A program made the translations under genes and the position numbers. The notes under the pieces were generated by a model that saw only the letters and a list, made by a program, of their open reading frames with translations, searched no databases and was not told the origin of the DNA. This document shows, piece after piece, positions 1 to 12,800 of a stretch of DNA of 64,000 nucleotides (position 1 is its first letter; each line of letters begins with the position of its first letter). The stretch spans positions 11,470,001 through 11,534,000 of the forward strand of contig NC_043022.1 of NCBI RefSeq assembly GCF_006345805.1, written 5' to 3'. Origin of the DNA: Octopus sinensis. Lineage: Eukaryota.

Positions 1-244
1 GGTATGTCGATATCCTATTATTATCATAAATTAAACATTTAATCATAAAATCTGTAGTGCAAATTGTTAAGGGGTTTGTCTACAGCTTCCTGACTTTAAA
101 TTCAATCATTATTAGAATTTGTTACAGCTCTTTACATACTGAGTTCAAGTCTTGCCACAGCCAGCTTTGCTTTTCTTCCCTTTTGGGTCAAGAAAATAAA
201 GTACCAGTCAAGTATTGGGGTCAATGATATTGAACAAACCTTTT

Positions 245-547
245 GTGGAGGCACATGGCCTAGTGGTTAGAGCAGCAGACTCATGGTCAAGGGATCACGG
301 TTTTGAATCTCAGACCGGGAGATGTGTATGTTTATGAGCGAAAACACCTAAGCTCCACGTGGCTCCAGCTGAAGGTAATGGCGAACTTCTGTTGACTCTT
401 TCGCCACAACTTTCTCTCACTCTTTTCTCCTGCATCTTGCAGCTCACCTACGACGGACTGGCGTCCCGTCCAGTTGGGGAACCTATACGCCAAGGAAACC
501 GGGAAACTGGCCCTTATGAGCCAGGTGTGGCTCGAGAAGGAACAACC
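245..547 (+). mobile_element. tRNA-derived SINE (related copy at about 53695-54000)
   Basis: A-box-like TGGCCTAGTGGTTAG and a degenerate B box; body (ctttctctcactct...ggactggcgtcc...gaaaccgggaaac) shared with the 53.7 kb copy. Confidence 0.7.
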
Positions 548-601
548 TATAACAAACCTTTTCCTAATTTAGAAACTGCAGTTGTTGTTATTATCCTTAT
601 T

Positions 602-1010
602 AAGGTGGTGAACTGGCAGAATTGTTAGCAAGCCAGGCAAAATGCTTAGCAACATTTCATCTGCTTTGATGTTCTGAATTCAAATTCCACCAAGGTTGAC
701 TTTGCCTTTTGTCTTTTGGGGGTTGCTAAAATAAGCACCAGGTTCACACTGGAGTTAATGTAAGTACTTAGTCTTCTCCCAAAAAATTTCAAGCCTTGTG
801 CCTTTAGTGGAAAGGATTATTATTATTAAGGCAACAACCAGGCTGAGTTGTTAGCAGACAAAATGCTTAGCAGTCACTGAAGTCAATTTTCCCTTCCATT
901 CTTTTTGGGGCCAATAAAATAAGTTCTAGTTGAGTTCTGGGGTTGATGCAACTTACCCCTTCTCCCGAAGTTTCTGTCCTTGTGCCAAAATTTGAAACCA
1001 TTATTATTAT
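602..1010 (+). mobile_element. Two adjacent degenerate SINE copies with a gcctttcatcctttcggggtcgataaa-type core (Meta-domain-like)
   Basis: Similar to copies at 16060-16270, 24124-24570 and 26340-26530; family name recalled from memory. Confidence 0.6.
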
Positions 1011-1159
1011 TAATGGCATAAAGGAAGTGAAACGATTACAACTGGGAAACAAAACAAACTCAGGTTTCGGATTTGGGTCACTGGGACTTAAATATCTACT
1101 GTTATGTACTTGTGTATATAATCTGTCTGCCTCTGTGTGTGTGTATACATATCGGTGTC

Positions 1160-1339
1160 ATGCAAATGGCACCCATGTTGGTGGCATGTAAAAGCACCCA
1201 TGAAACTTGGGTGGTTGGTGTTAGGAGGGTATCCAGCCATAGAAAACCATGCTAAATCAGACTGGAGTCTGGTGCAGCCCTGGTCAAACCATCCAACCCA
1301 TGCCAGCATGGACGACAGATGTTAAATGATGATGATGAT
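1160..1339 (+). mobile_element. RTE 3'-tail fragment ending in (GAT)n
   Basis: aaagcaccca...gcatccagc...ccaacccatgccagcatgg...gttaaatgatgatg matches the 3' end of the RTE copy at 8505-9357. Confidence 0.75.
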
Positions 1340-1545
1340 ACTAAAGGAAGATGAACAGATAACTGTTAGTTCAGCTCGTGCTGTGTATAACATATGATGT
1401 GTTGCTACCGAAATTGGAGTTGCAAAGTACCTACTCTCATTTAAAGTGTTGATGTATTATTAAAACTTGTCACTTCATGCTGCAGCATTTCCATATTCCA
1501 GGCATTGACTAAATTAACAACTGTCTTTTTTTTGTTAACTTCTAG

Positions 1546-1686
1546 GCATTTGTACAGAGGACAAAGTGTAATGCTTGTAAACCAAACTACTTCTATTTGA
1601 GTGAAGACAACCCACAAGGATGTTTGTCCTGCTACTGTATGGGCATTACCAACAAGTGTTCCAGCTCTAACTTCTACCGAATGGAG
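1546..1686 (+). CDS. HSPG2: Perlecan exon w1: laminin-EGF
   Basis: tctag|...|gtgagc; [47 protein letters not shown]; phase 0/0. Confidence 0.92.
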
Positions 1687-3784
1687 GTGAGCAAACACCG
1701 AACTTTGTTATTTTGACTTGAACTGTGACGAATTTGACTGTTGTTTATTCACCACACTCACTGCATCATTACAGGCATTTATACACACATTCTTACATTC
1801 ATCATCTATATTATTGCAATAGTTAGCATTATACATGTGAAAACCATTCAACAAGGATATGAGAAACATAACTGAAGAGAGATTTCTGATTTAAAGAAAG
1901 TGTCCGTCCAACCCATGCTAGCACGGAAAACGGACATTAAACGATGATGATGATGATAAGACTGTACAAGGGACAACAAAGAGAATGTGACCCTTTTCTT
2001 TATAACTTTGCTCCTGAGCAGGTGACCTGTCAAATTTAACTCTAAACTCCAATCTGGAAATGACATACATATATACATACATAAATATACACACACACAC
2101 ACACACACAGACACACACACACACACACAGAGACACACACACACACACACAGACACACACACACACACTCACACACACACTCCAACAGTTGACTAGTTAC
2201 AGAACACAGAAACCCATGAGCTCAGCAACCCATAAATTCTAAACAAATCTTTGTTTCTTTTTTTTTTTTTTTATTCTTTAATTTTATCCCTAAAATTCAT
2301 ATTTACTCTGTTTTTCTTTCTGCTTTTGTTTTTTCACAGTTAAAACCATCATTTGATCGTCAAGATTCTCATGGTATTGTTTTAACCAATCGTGCCATGT
2401 CTCGCAATGTTGTGGATGGTTTTAGTGTCAGTGCACGAAAAAAGGAAATCACATTTGATTCATTTGATTCTGTTCAACGAGAAAGAGAAAGCTTGTATTT
2501 TTCACTCCCACCAAAATTCAGAGGAGACATGGTAAATAACAGTAACAATAAAACACACACACACACACATACATACATACATTATATGATGGTTGTCCAC
2601 TTATTCAAAGAATATGAATATTACTTTTCGTTTTTGGATTTGGTTTGCAAGATTCTTTATATGAGTTTGTGTGTTGAGGCATATTCTGTTGTGTCTGGGG
2701 AGAGTCATTCTCTTTTAGTGCCTTATTATTTAACACAATCACTGGTAAAATTTTCACTTATTTCTTATTTTTGCACCTGGTGTAGGAAAAATAAAACAAT
2801 CCAAAAGTAATTTCGTTTGCAAGATTCTTTATATGAGTTCGTGTGTTGAAGCATATTCTGTTGTGTCTGGGGAGAGTCATTCTCTTTTGGTGCCTTGTGG
2901 TTTAACACACTCACCTTGTGGGTTGTCTTCACTCAAATGAATATTACTGGTGATTAGAAACTATATTCCACATGAAAATTTAGTTAAGAACAGTTTGCAG
3001 AATGCTACATCAACTCATTACCAAAACCAAACAATCTGGAGACAAACGAAAGCAAGTTATTTGTCTCTGAAATGTCACTCAGTTTCATATCATAGCAACC
3101 TTCAATTAAAGACGTGACTTTAATGAAAGCTATAATGTGTCTTATACTATGTGCTCTACAACATGCAGACAGCAGTTTGGAATTTCTAAGTATTCTTTTT
3201 GTCCTGCTGGATTACTAGCAAACCTCCTTGCCAGGCTTGCCTAGTGAGTGTGTCAGTTTAATTGCCAGTGGCCTGACCATGTAGCAGGTTGTACTGGATT
3301 ACATGTTACCAGTTGTGCTGTATGCGTGTACGTGTGCATGTGTGCTAGTGAAGCACTAAGAGCACCATCCGAGTGTGATTGTTGTCAGGGCCACTGACTG
3401 GCTCCCGTGCTGGTGGCACATAAAATGCACCATTCGAGCGTGATCGTTACCAATGTCACCTTACTGGCACTTGTGCCGGTGGCACGTTAAAAACAATATT
3501 CAAGTGAGGTTGTTGCCAGTGCCGCTGGACTGGCTTCTATGCAGGTGGCATGTAAAAATACCATTTGAGTGTGGCCGTTGCCAGTACCGCATGACTGGCC
3601 CTCGTGCTGGTGGCACATAAAAGCACCCACTACACTCTCGGAGTGGTTGGCATTAGGAAGGGCATACATCTGTAGAAACTCTGCCAGATCAGATTGGAGC
3701 CTGGTACAGCCATCTGGTTTGCCAGTCCTCAGTCAAACCATCCAACCCATGCCAGCGTGGAAAGCAGATGTTAAACGATGATGA

Positions 3785-3848
<64 letters not shown>

Positions 3849-6800
3849 GCACATACACACATGTACACATACTTAATTACATACATCCATACCCACATTT
3901 ATACTGCTCTGTATAGTAATTGATTTTATCAGAAAAATGTTGATGAGTGAATAACTAGTCCAAAAGGTTGAAATCCTCTCCCCTGGCTTCTGCTACTTCA
4001 GTAATATCCATGCAAGAATACCTTTCAAACATTACTATTTATCTTTTTCATTCTTTTTGTAGGTGACATCTTATGGTGGTTATCTCAAGTTCACAATGGA
4101 ATTCTCAGTTGATGAAAGTCGTGGAAATTTCTTCAGAGAAACAGATGTTGAAATCATTGTAAGTATTCATGTTACACTGAGTGTTTTATTTTGGCATTTC
4201 TAAGAGGTCTAAATTTGCAGAACCATTAGTGCATCAGACAAATTGGGTAGTCCTCATTACTCCATAAGGAGCATAGGACTGGATTCTCTGGTTTATATAT
4301 ATTATACCCAGGATGGGATGCCTGTTGCAGGATCACCCTTTTTTTTTACCAGCTGAGTGAGCTGGAGCAATGTGAAATGAAGTGTTTTGCTCAAGAACTC
4401 AACGCATCGTCCTGTCCAAGAATCAAAACCACAATCTTAGAGTCATGAGTCCAACACTCTAACTACTAAGCCCCCCCCCCAAATACTTTATGGTATTTCT
4501 TCTGACTCTTTGAATTCTTAGTTTAAATCTTGGTTTGGTTATCTTTGCCTTTCATCCTTCCGGTGTTGATAAAATAAAATTCCAGCCAAGTACTGGAGTC
4601 AACTTAATCAACTTATTTCCCACCACCACGAAAAATTACTGGTTTTGTACCTAAATTAGAATCAGTTGTTTTAGCATTTCTTCCCTCCTTCATCTTTTAC
4701 ATTTATTTCCTTTCAGACTAATGGCCAGCGTCTCTATTATTTGTTCAACCCATCAGCTAGAGCATCAACACCACAGAACTATGAAATTCTGCTGACTGAA
4801 GTAAGATTCCTTTTATTTTTTTTTTTTTTTGTATGTGTGTGTGTGTTTTGCATGTACCAGTGCAAATCTGTCCAAGTTTCATATGGTGTTTACTCCTAGA
4901 GTGAAGGAATTCTCTAAAGAGATGTAGTTTGGTAGGTCATTTATTTATAATACGGTTAACAGAGATTGATAAAATGGAGAGAAGATAAGTGCCGGGGTCA
5001 GTATAATTGAACATTCTTGAAAATAGTGATGTACTTGCTGCCATCCGATGATTAAAAACAAGTAAAGAAAGTGAAAGATGACACTAATTTTAAATAAATA
5101 AGAAGAAGGATATTGACAAATTCAGTCCTTTCCCAGCACATTGGCTTTCTGCAATTTCCTCTACACTTGTTTTCTCTGCAGCCATTGATTTACAAGTTGA
5201 ACATTAACTGTACTGATTTTGACAGACCTAGAGGGCTTATGAAGGCTATCAGCTCAGACCTTTCTTCCAGATCAAACCACTAGAAATGTGTGTATGTGTG
5301 TGTGAAAGCATATTCATTCTGACAAATTATTTTTCAATTATTATTCTGTCTTCAGAAATCGTTCCATATGTTTGATGGTTCCATTCCATCCCGAGAAGTC
5401 TTCTTGTCTGCTCTTGCCAACGTTGATGCCATCTTGATCAGAGCAACCTATCACACTAAAATGAATGTTATCAGCCTACGTGATTTGACCATGGAAACTG
5501 CTGTACCAGAAGCTACTGGACTTGACCGTGCTCCTATGGTAGAGTTATGTGAATGTCCTCAAGGTTACACAGGTGTTTCCTGCCAAGTGAGTATTAAATT
5601 TTATTTATTTTTCACAACATGAAATCCTTTGCTCTTATTTACTCCCAAATTATCTGAAGCCAAGGAAAAGTTTTCCAGTCACAATTTCTTCCTTCTTTCC
5701 GATCTTTCCTTTTCTTTTACCTAACTTAACAATCATTAATTTTTGTTTTGATTTTTTTTCTTTCTTTTTTTTTCTCAAGGAATGTTCTCCAGGTTATTCT
5801 AGGGTTCAGAAAGAAGGCACTGCATTGGGCCGTTGTGTCATGTGCAACTGCAATAAGCATTCATCAACATGTGATCCACAGACAGGAAAATGTGTAGTGA
5901 GTACTATTGATTTGATACTGTGAATTATTTCTTTGACACCTTTAGTGGTCCCTAAGGTCTTCATGCATTGAGGTTAAAACTGATATCAAATGTTAATTAT
6001 CAGTCTTATCACCCAATCTATATACCAGCCAGGAATTATTAAATCCTCACAAGCATATCATACAAAGGGTTTGTAAAGTGCACTGACAGTGCTAACATGT
6101 TTAATTGTGAACCAAGAAATTATAATTAGTTTAAATTACACCTGTAGTTATGTTTAATTCTGGTCAACGAAGCTGAGGTAGACAATGCCAGACTTTAGAT
6201 TAATTATGATTAATTAATATTATGAGAAAGGGGTGTTTGCTGTTGCTAGCAGTTCCTTATACTCCAATGAAGCCCTGTACTTCCTCCCAGTACACTCATT
6301 TGTAACCAACTTCATTAACTGCCTGGCTCTTAGAAGTTATGTTTCTTCAACTAGTCCCTTTCACCATTATCCTGCTTAGCAGCATTCAAATGGCAACAGC
6401 TCTCCACCACAATCTGTTGTATATCAGATAGCACTCTGAGGGGAGAGAAGAGAGAGAGAGAGACTGGTGAGAGGTTTTTTTTTTTGTTTTTGAAGAAAAT
6501 GTGTAGGCAAGAATATGTACATGCTTGTGTAATCAGGATGTGGGGAAAATAAATTCCTTTTTATGATGAAAGGACTTTTAATGAGGCAAGAGTCAAACTT
6601 TGCTGCTAGAGTGGAACCAGCCAGTTGGCTAAGATATATTTCAGATTTCAAGGACAAGAAGAAAAAACTTTACTTTTAGAGTTCAGGTAGGCCCTCTGTT
6701 ACAATTGCAAGTGATAAATTGTGTCTTCATTGCTAAAGGTTTTGTACAGTTTATATTAGTTGACCATCCTTCTTGATGAGTGTAAATGCATGTCATCATC

Positions 6801-9800
6801 ATCATCATCATCATCGTTTAACGTCCGTTTTCCATGCTAGCATGGATTGGACGGTTTGACCAGGGTCTGGGAAGCCAGGAGGCTGCACCAGGCTCCATTC
6901 TGATCTGGCAGTGTTTCTACCGCTGGATGCCCTTCCTAATGCCAACCACTCTGTGAGTGCAGTGGCTGCTTTTTACATGCCACCAGCACAGGTGGCAGGG
7001 GAGGCTGGCAACAGCCACGATCGGTTGGTGCTTTTTACATGCCACCGGCACAGATGCCAGTCAAGGCAGCGCTGGCATCGACCACGTACAGGTGGTGCTT
7101 TTTATGTGCCACCGGCCCAGGTATCACAACTACAATTTCCATTTGATTTTATTGTGGTTTTATTTATATATACACATGCATATCCTTACAGGAGAGAAGC
7201 TAGATACATGTGCGCTTTTACAAATCTGAACTGCCTCAACTGATTCTTGTATCATGTGGCATTAATGCTGCAGGTATTGGTTTGGTAAAGAATTTCTGTA
7301 TGCATAATCCTATTTCAGTAGGGGTCTTGACTGGCAGAGTCTTTAGAGATGCTTATATTCACTTAGAGTAGGGTTTAGCGAACTGGGGTAAATTACCTCA
7401 TGTGGGGTAAAAATAAGGATTCATTAGACATAAGTAAAATTATATAAAAAACATGTTCTTTGTAACAACAGAAATTTTTTCTTGTGGCAACACTGCATCT
7501 GTCCAATGTAATGGCTTTGTTTAGGAGACATCATGCCATTTTGAACTATTTGCTTGCTAAGCTGTTGTTAAATGACTAAACAGACATTATTTGTCAGTTG
7601 TCTATCATAGGCCTTAACCCTATTTTTTGACATGTGTTTTTGCTTTGTTTAAGTAGATTTAAGTAGTTGTTCATTCAACCCTTTAACAAAATCGATTGGA
7701 CACTGAAGACTATCCAAATTGCTCTGGCATCAAAATATCCCAATTTTGATGTAATTGTAACAAAAAGGAAACACTATCATTTCTCCAAAACCTGAAGTGA
7801 AAAAGTTTCTAGAAAAATCCTTTTATTTCATAATAAGGATATTAATTTATTTTATCGCATTTGTTTTTTACTTTTTATATTTACAATTCTATAAACCTTT
7901 TGAATTCAAAGAATCTATGATTTTCTTCCTTTCAAATCAAGGGGGTAACGTCGGTGTCAATAAATATATTTGGAGGTAACTGGTTAAAAAAGTTCCCTGA
8001 TTAGAGATACTCACATACATAGAAAGACGTATATATTATACAAATCATGTGTGTATCTGATCTCTCTCTTTTTCCTTCTCCTCATTCATATTTATTTCAC
8101 TCCAGCTTAGAAATTTCAACAATGATTTATTTACATACTAGAACCTTCTCCTCTATTCCCCCATTGCCTGCTCACCTCAATATTTCTTCTCCACAGAACT
8201 GCCAACACAATACAGCAGGTGATAGATGTGAAATCTGTAAACCTGGCTTTTATGGTGATGCTACATTTGGCACCTCCAGTGACTGTCGACCATGTGCTTG
8301 CCCTCTGACCCTACCATCAAACAAGTAAGCTTGTTTACAGAAAAATTCTCTCTTTTTTTTGTAATCTGTTTTTAACATTTGTTTGTGTTCTGTTTTACTG
8401 TTTTTAGTGTTGATAACATTGTATAACAAGATTTTCTTTTTTCTTATAAAAAATGGCTAATATTTTCTTCAAACATTGCTTTTGTTACATTTATTGAAAT
8501 CATTGGATGTGTAATGTCAGTGTGCATGCTCGACAGAGCGTTAGTACCCTGAGAGAAATGTTGGACTTAAGGAGCATCAGTTGTGGTGTGCAAGAGAGAC
8601 GATTGCGCTGGTATGGTCATGTGGCGAGAATGGATGAAGATAGGTGTGTGAAAAAGTGCCAATCCCTAGCAGTGGAGGGAACCCGTTGAAGAGGTAGACC
8701 CAGGAAAACTTGGGACAAGGTGGTGAAGCACGACCTTCGAACTTTAGGTCTCACTGAGGAAATGACCTGCGACCGAGACCTTTGGAAATATGCTGTGCGT
8801 GAAAAGACCAGGCAGGACAAGTGAGTCCAGCCCACTTATGCATGCCTTTCCTCCCTTGGACACACAAAGACCTGTTGAGGCAAGCGAAGTCGATACCGAA
8901 CCTCATCCGACAACAGGCACCTATGCCTACTCCCCTTGGCTTGCGAAGACCTGTTGGGGCAAGTGAAATCGAAATCGGAATCGAAATTGAACCAATCCTA
9001 TGACTGGCACCTGGCAGATGCCAGGACCCCTGGGCTGGAGATACGTAAAAAGCACCATCCGAATCGTGGCCGAAGCCAGTGCCGCCTCGACTGGCTTCCA
9101 TGCCGGTGGCACGTAAAATGCACCAATCCGACTGTGGCCATTGCCAGCCTCGCCTGGCACCAGTGCAGGTGGCACGTAAAAAGCACCCACTACACTCACG
9201 GAGTGGTTGGCGTTAGGAAGGGCATCCAGCTGTAGAAACATTGCCAGATAAGACCGGAGCCTGGGGCAGCCTTCTGGCTTCCCAGATCCCCGGTCAAACC
9301 GTCCAACCCATGCTAGCATGGAGAACGGACATTAAACGATGATGATGATGATGATGATAAAGATTCCTTCTCAACATATGGTTATGATGCTCCCCCACTG
9401 CTCGTGATCAGAGATGCACATATTGTCAGCAACTGACAAGCAAATCTGTAGTATTGAGCAGTTTATTTGTTATAATAATATTTCTGCTTTGCTTTACTGA
9501 CTCAGTGCTGAATCTGTTCAAAATTCAATGCAAAATAGATAAGTTTCAAAACATTGATGTCCTGGTTACAAAAGCAAAGTTTGAAGGGAATGGTAGTCAT
9601 TTCCTTTGATTTCTAGGTAGAAGCAAATAGGAAATAACATTTTACTGACTAAAGACAAAAAAAGTAAAGATTTTTTTTACAGTATTATGCACAACTGATT
9701 TATTACCTCTACCTTAGCAAAGGTGGGGGTATTGTTTTCAGTTGTGTTTGTTTGTTTGTCCGTGGTATCTCAAGAATCGCTGGATGGATTCGGATGAAAC

Positions 9801-12800
9801 TTTCAGGAATGTTTGACCTCATGACTGGTACAAACTGGTTAGATTTTGGTATTGAGCTGGTACCGGACAAGGATTCCAGATTATTTTTCCTGTTATTTTT
9901 ACTTAATTTTTTTAGAGCAGTTGGGTTCATTTTTAATATTCTCATTTGTGAGAGCAGTCAAGTTTATTTCAGATATTCTCATTTTAAAAATCATTTCTGG
10001 CTAGTCATTGAGAGGATGTTGGCGTTGCCTTGGCGGAGGTTTGCGCTCTCTGAGTGGTCTTGTTTATATATAATAATTTATATCACAATTTATGAACAAA
10101 AGTGTTATTGGCTACTGGTTTCTAATGGGCTGATTCAAATTTCTAACAGTTGTGATAGTGACAAGGGAGTGTCTGTAAATCAAGCAGATGTCAAGAGATT
10201 TTGTTTATATCTTTTGGTGATATATTTTGTCAAAAGATATACATACACATGCATACATTCATACCTATTTGTGTGTGTGTGTGTGAATTGCTAAATAGAC
10301 AAATATTATTTTTGTTCATGAATACCTCTGTGATCAGGTGAGAACATGCTTGACTACCACTGTAGTGTGAATAATTTCACAAGAAAAGTATATTAATATT
10401 TTCATTTAGGCATAACGATACGAATAACTAGGTGTTAGAATTCAATATACATGTGTTTCAGAGATAAAGCATTCATTGAGTACAGAGCGTAAGAGATTAC
10501 GTAAAGGACAAGTAGACAAGAAATTATGTAATGAACTCCATTAGCTTACAGCTGTTTCTGCCATAAGATACAACTATATAGAAGACTGAGGTTATGGTAG
10601 AAGAGGTATTTCTCCAAGACTGTGCAAAGATGTGGTGTGAACTTCTTAACCACTCAGTCATGCCTACAGCTATTTTACCTGAATTATTAGCATGCTCGTC
10701 TATTAGCCAAAAGTTCTGGGACTTGAATTCTATCATTGGTACTGTGCTGTGATTATATCTGTAATACTTAGCTACCTAATGGATGGATTAGTTCTAAATT
10801 AGATCACCTTGTTTTAAATATTTAGGTGATGTGACACAACAAGGGAATCTTTACATGGCTGCTCAATCTACATGAAATAGCAGCCAAGTCTCCCATAAAT
10901 TGCACCTTCATCTTTAGAAAAATATGAGTACACTGGACAATATTGTCCAAGGTATGCCAGGGTTAGAAACATATTGATAGGCCATGAATGAAACAAAGGT
11001 CTGTTCAAACAAGGCTGAATTTAACGAAATAAGGGTCCTAGGTGACACAAGTTGGTGTCTCTTTTGTAAGCAGCAGGAGTACAGTAAAAGTGATATGTGT
11101 GCTTGCAATGCTGTGCTGTACATTTTACAGGTACATACATTAAAACCCACTAGTTTCTACTAGTTTGATGCCCACTAACTACACATATACACTACATGAT
11201 GATAATTTTTGGAGGAGCTTAACCAGCAAAGGGAGGCTGGCACCCAAACCATTTTTTCTTCTAAATTTATAATTCTGTTTCTCCATTCTTTTAAATGTCA
11301 TTTCTTTATCTTTCAGCTTCTCTCCAACATGCTACTTGGCTCCAGATAGCCAGGTAACCTGTGACAACTGTCGTCCTGGCTATGCAGGACGTGACTGTGG
11401 TGTGTAAGTATCAAGTTTGGGTTTGCTGACATGACTTTTAAAAAATTCTTCCTCACTTAATTATTATATTGATAGCAATAATAATGTGCAAATAATATGC
11501 AAAGACAGAAGAATCTGAAGAAACTAGTGATGCTCTTAATCTTATTATTATGCAATTATATGTATATATGGAGTCAAAAAATAGTTCACCCTCTATTGCC
11601 ATCCCTAACAAAGTAGGTCAACAGTCACACTGTCTTTAATGGCCACCTTTTTGCTGAAGTAATGAAGACTAGCCTGTTATTTATCCACCTCCACTGAACA
11701 TATCAAATAGAAAATATAAGATGAAGGGCAGGAGAAGGAAAAAAAGGCATACACACACACACACACATTGTCCATTTACTGGCAATTTTGACAGGCAGAG
11801 CTAACATATGGTCATCAACCAGCTGATAATAGCAGACAAATTTCAGTGTTAAATAAAGAAAATATTGAACAGTATGGTTCCTGATGTATAACTGATGGAG
11901 TTGTCACAATTGGAACACCTATCATAGTTATGCTCAACTATAACTGATCTGGGATCAATAGAATAAGTCCCAGTCAAGTACTGGTGTCATTCTTCAATGT
12001 TATATTTGAGGCCTTACTCCCAAATTGGAACCATTATTATTAGTATTATTATTGAAGGATGTCCAGATAGGTTGAGGATGGATAAAATGCCATAACATTT
12101 TAAGCTCAAATCCTGCCAAAGTCATCTTCATTTTTTTGTCCTTTCAGGAATAAAAATAGGTACTGCTTAAGGACAGTTTAAACAATTGTACCCTTCATAT
12201 AAAATATGTGGCTTTGTGTCTGTATTAGAAAGGTACAAACCAATGAGAAACTCTGTATTTTGGTTATAATACCTGCTAGAAATAGCTACCATAAATCACT
12301 CAAATTGTAGCATACTGTCTAAAAACAAATAAATGGACACACAGGATTATTTAACCCCTGGTATGTGAAACAAACTGGATGGTCACTACTGCAATGCCAG
12401 TGATAATAATGATTCGATAACCACAACAATATTACAAATCAACATGGAAGAGTCAACTAAGTCTTATAATGTGCCAGAAATAGTAACTAGATTTATTTTT
12501 AATTATACCAAAGCAAACCAAAGTGAGTGACTTTATATTGTTACTCAAACTGCAACAACTCACATCCGAATCACCCTCAAATCACACCAGGCTAACAAAT
12601 GAAAATTTAAATGGTCAGTCATCCGATAATGTTAAAATAGCAGCCAGATCACACTCAAAGCATATATTACAGTCTTAAAAAAAGGTAGTAGGATACCACT
12701 AAAATGATGGGATGGTCACAAGTTGACTACCCTGATTGTAGGTCTACTTGATCAAAGTAAAAACAACAATTTATGCCAACACCATCACCACCTCTTCTAT

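Noticed and set aside
7614-7986. Second piggyBac-like MITE (ttaaccc...ggttaa)
   Set aside because: Inverted match is only about 6 bp, too short to support.
9752-10294. 180-aa membrane-protein-like ORF
   Set aside because: It starts within a non-autonomous repeat at a non-ATG codon, is low complexity and has no recognisable domain.
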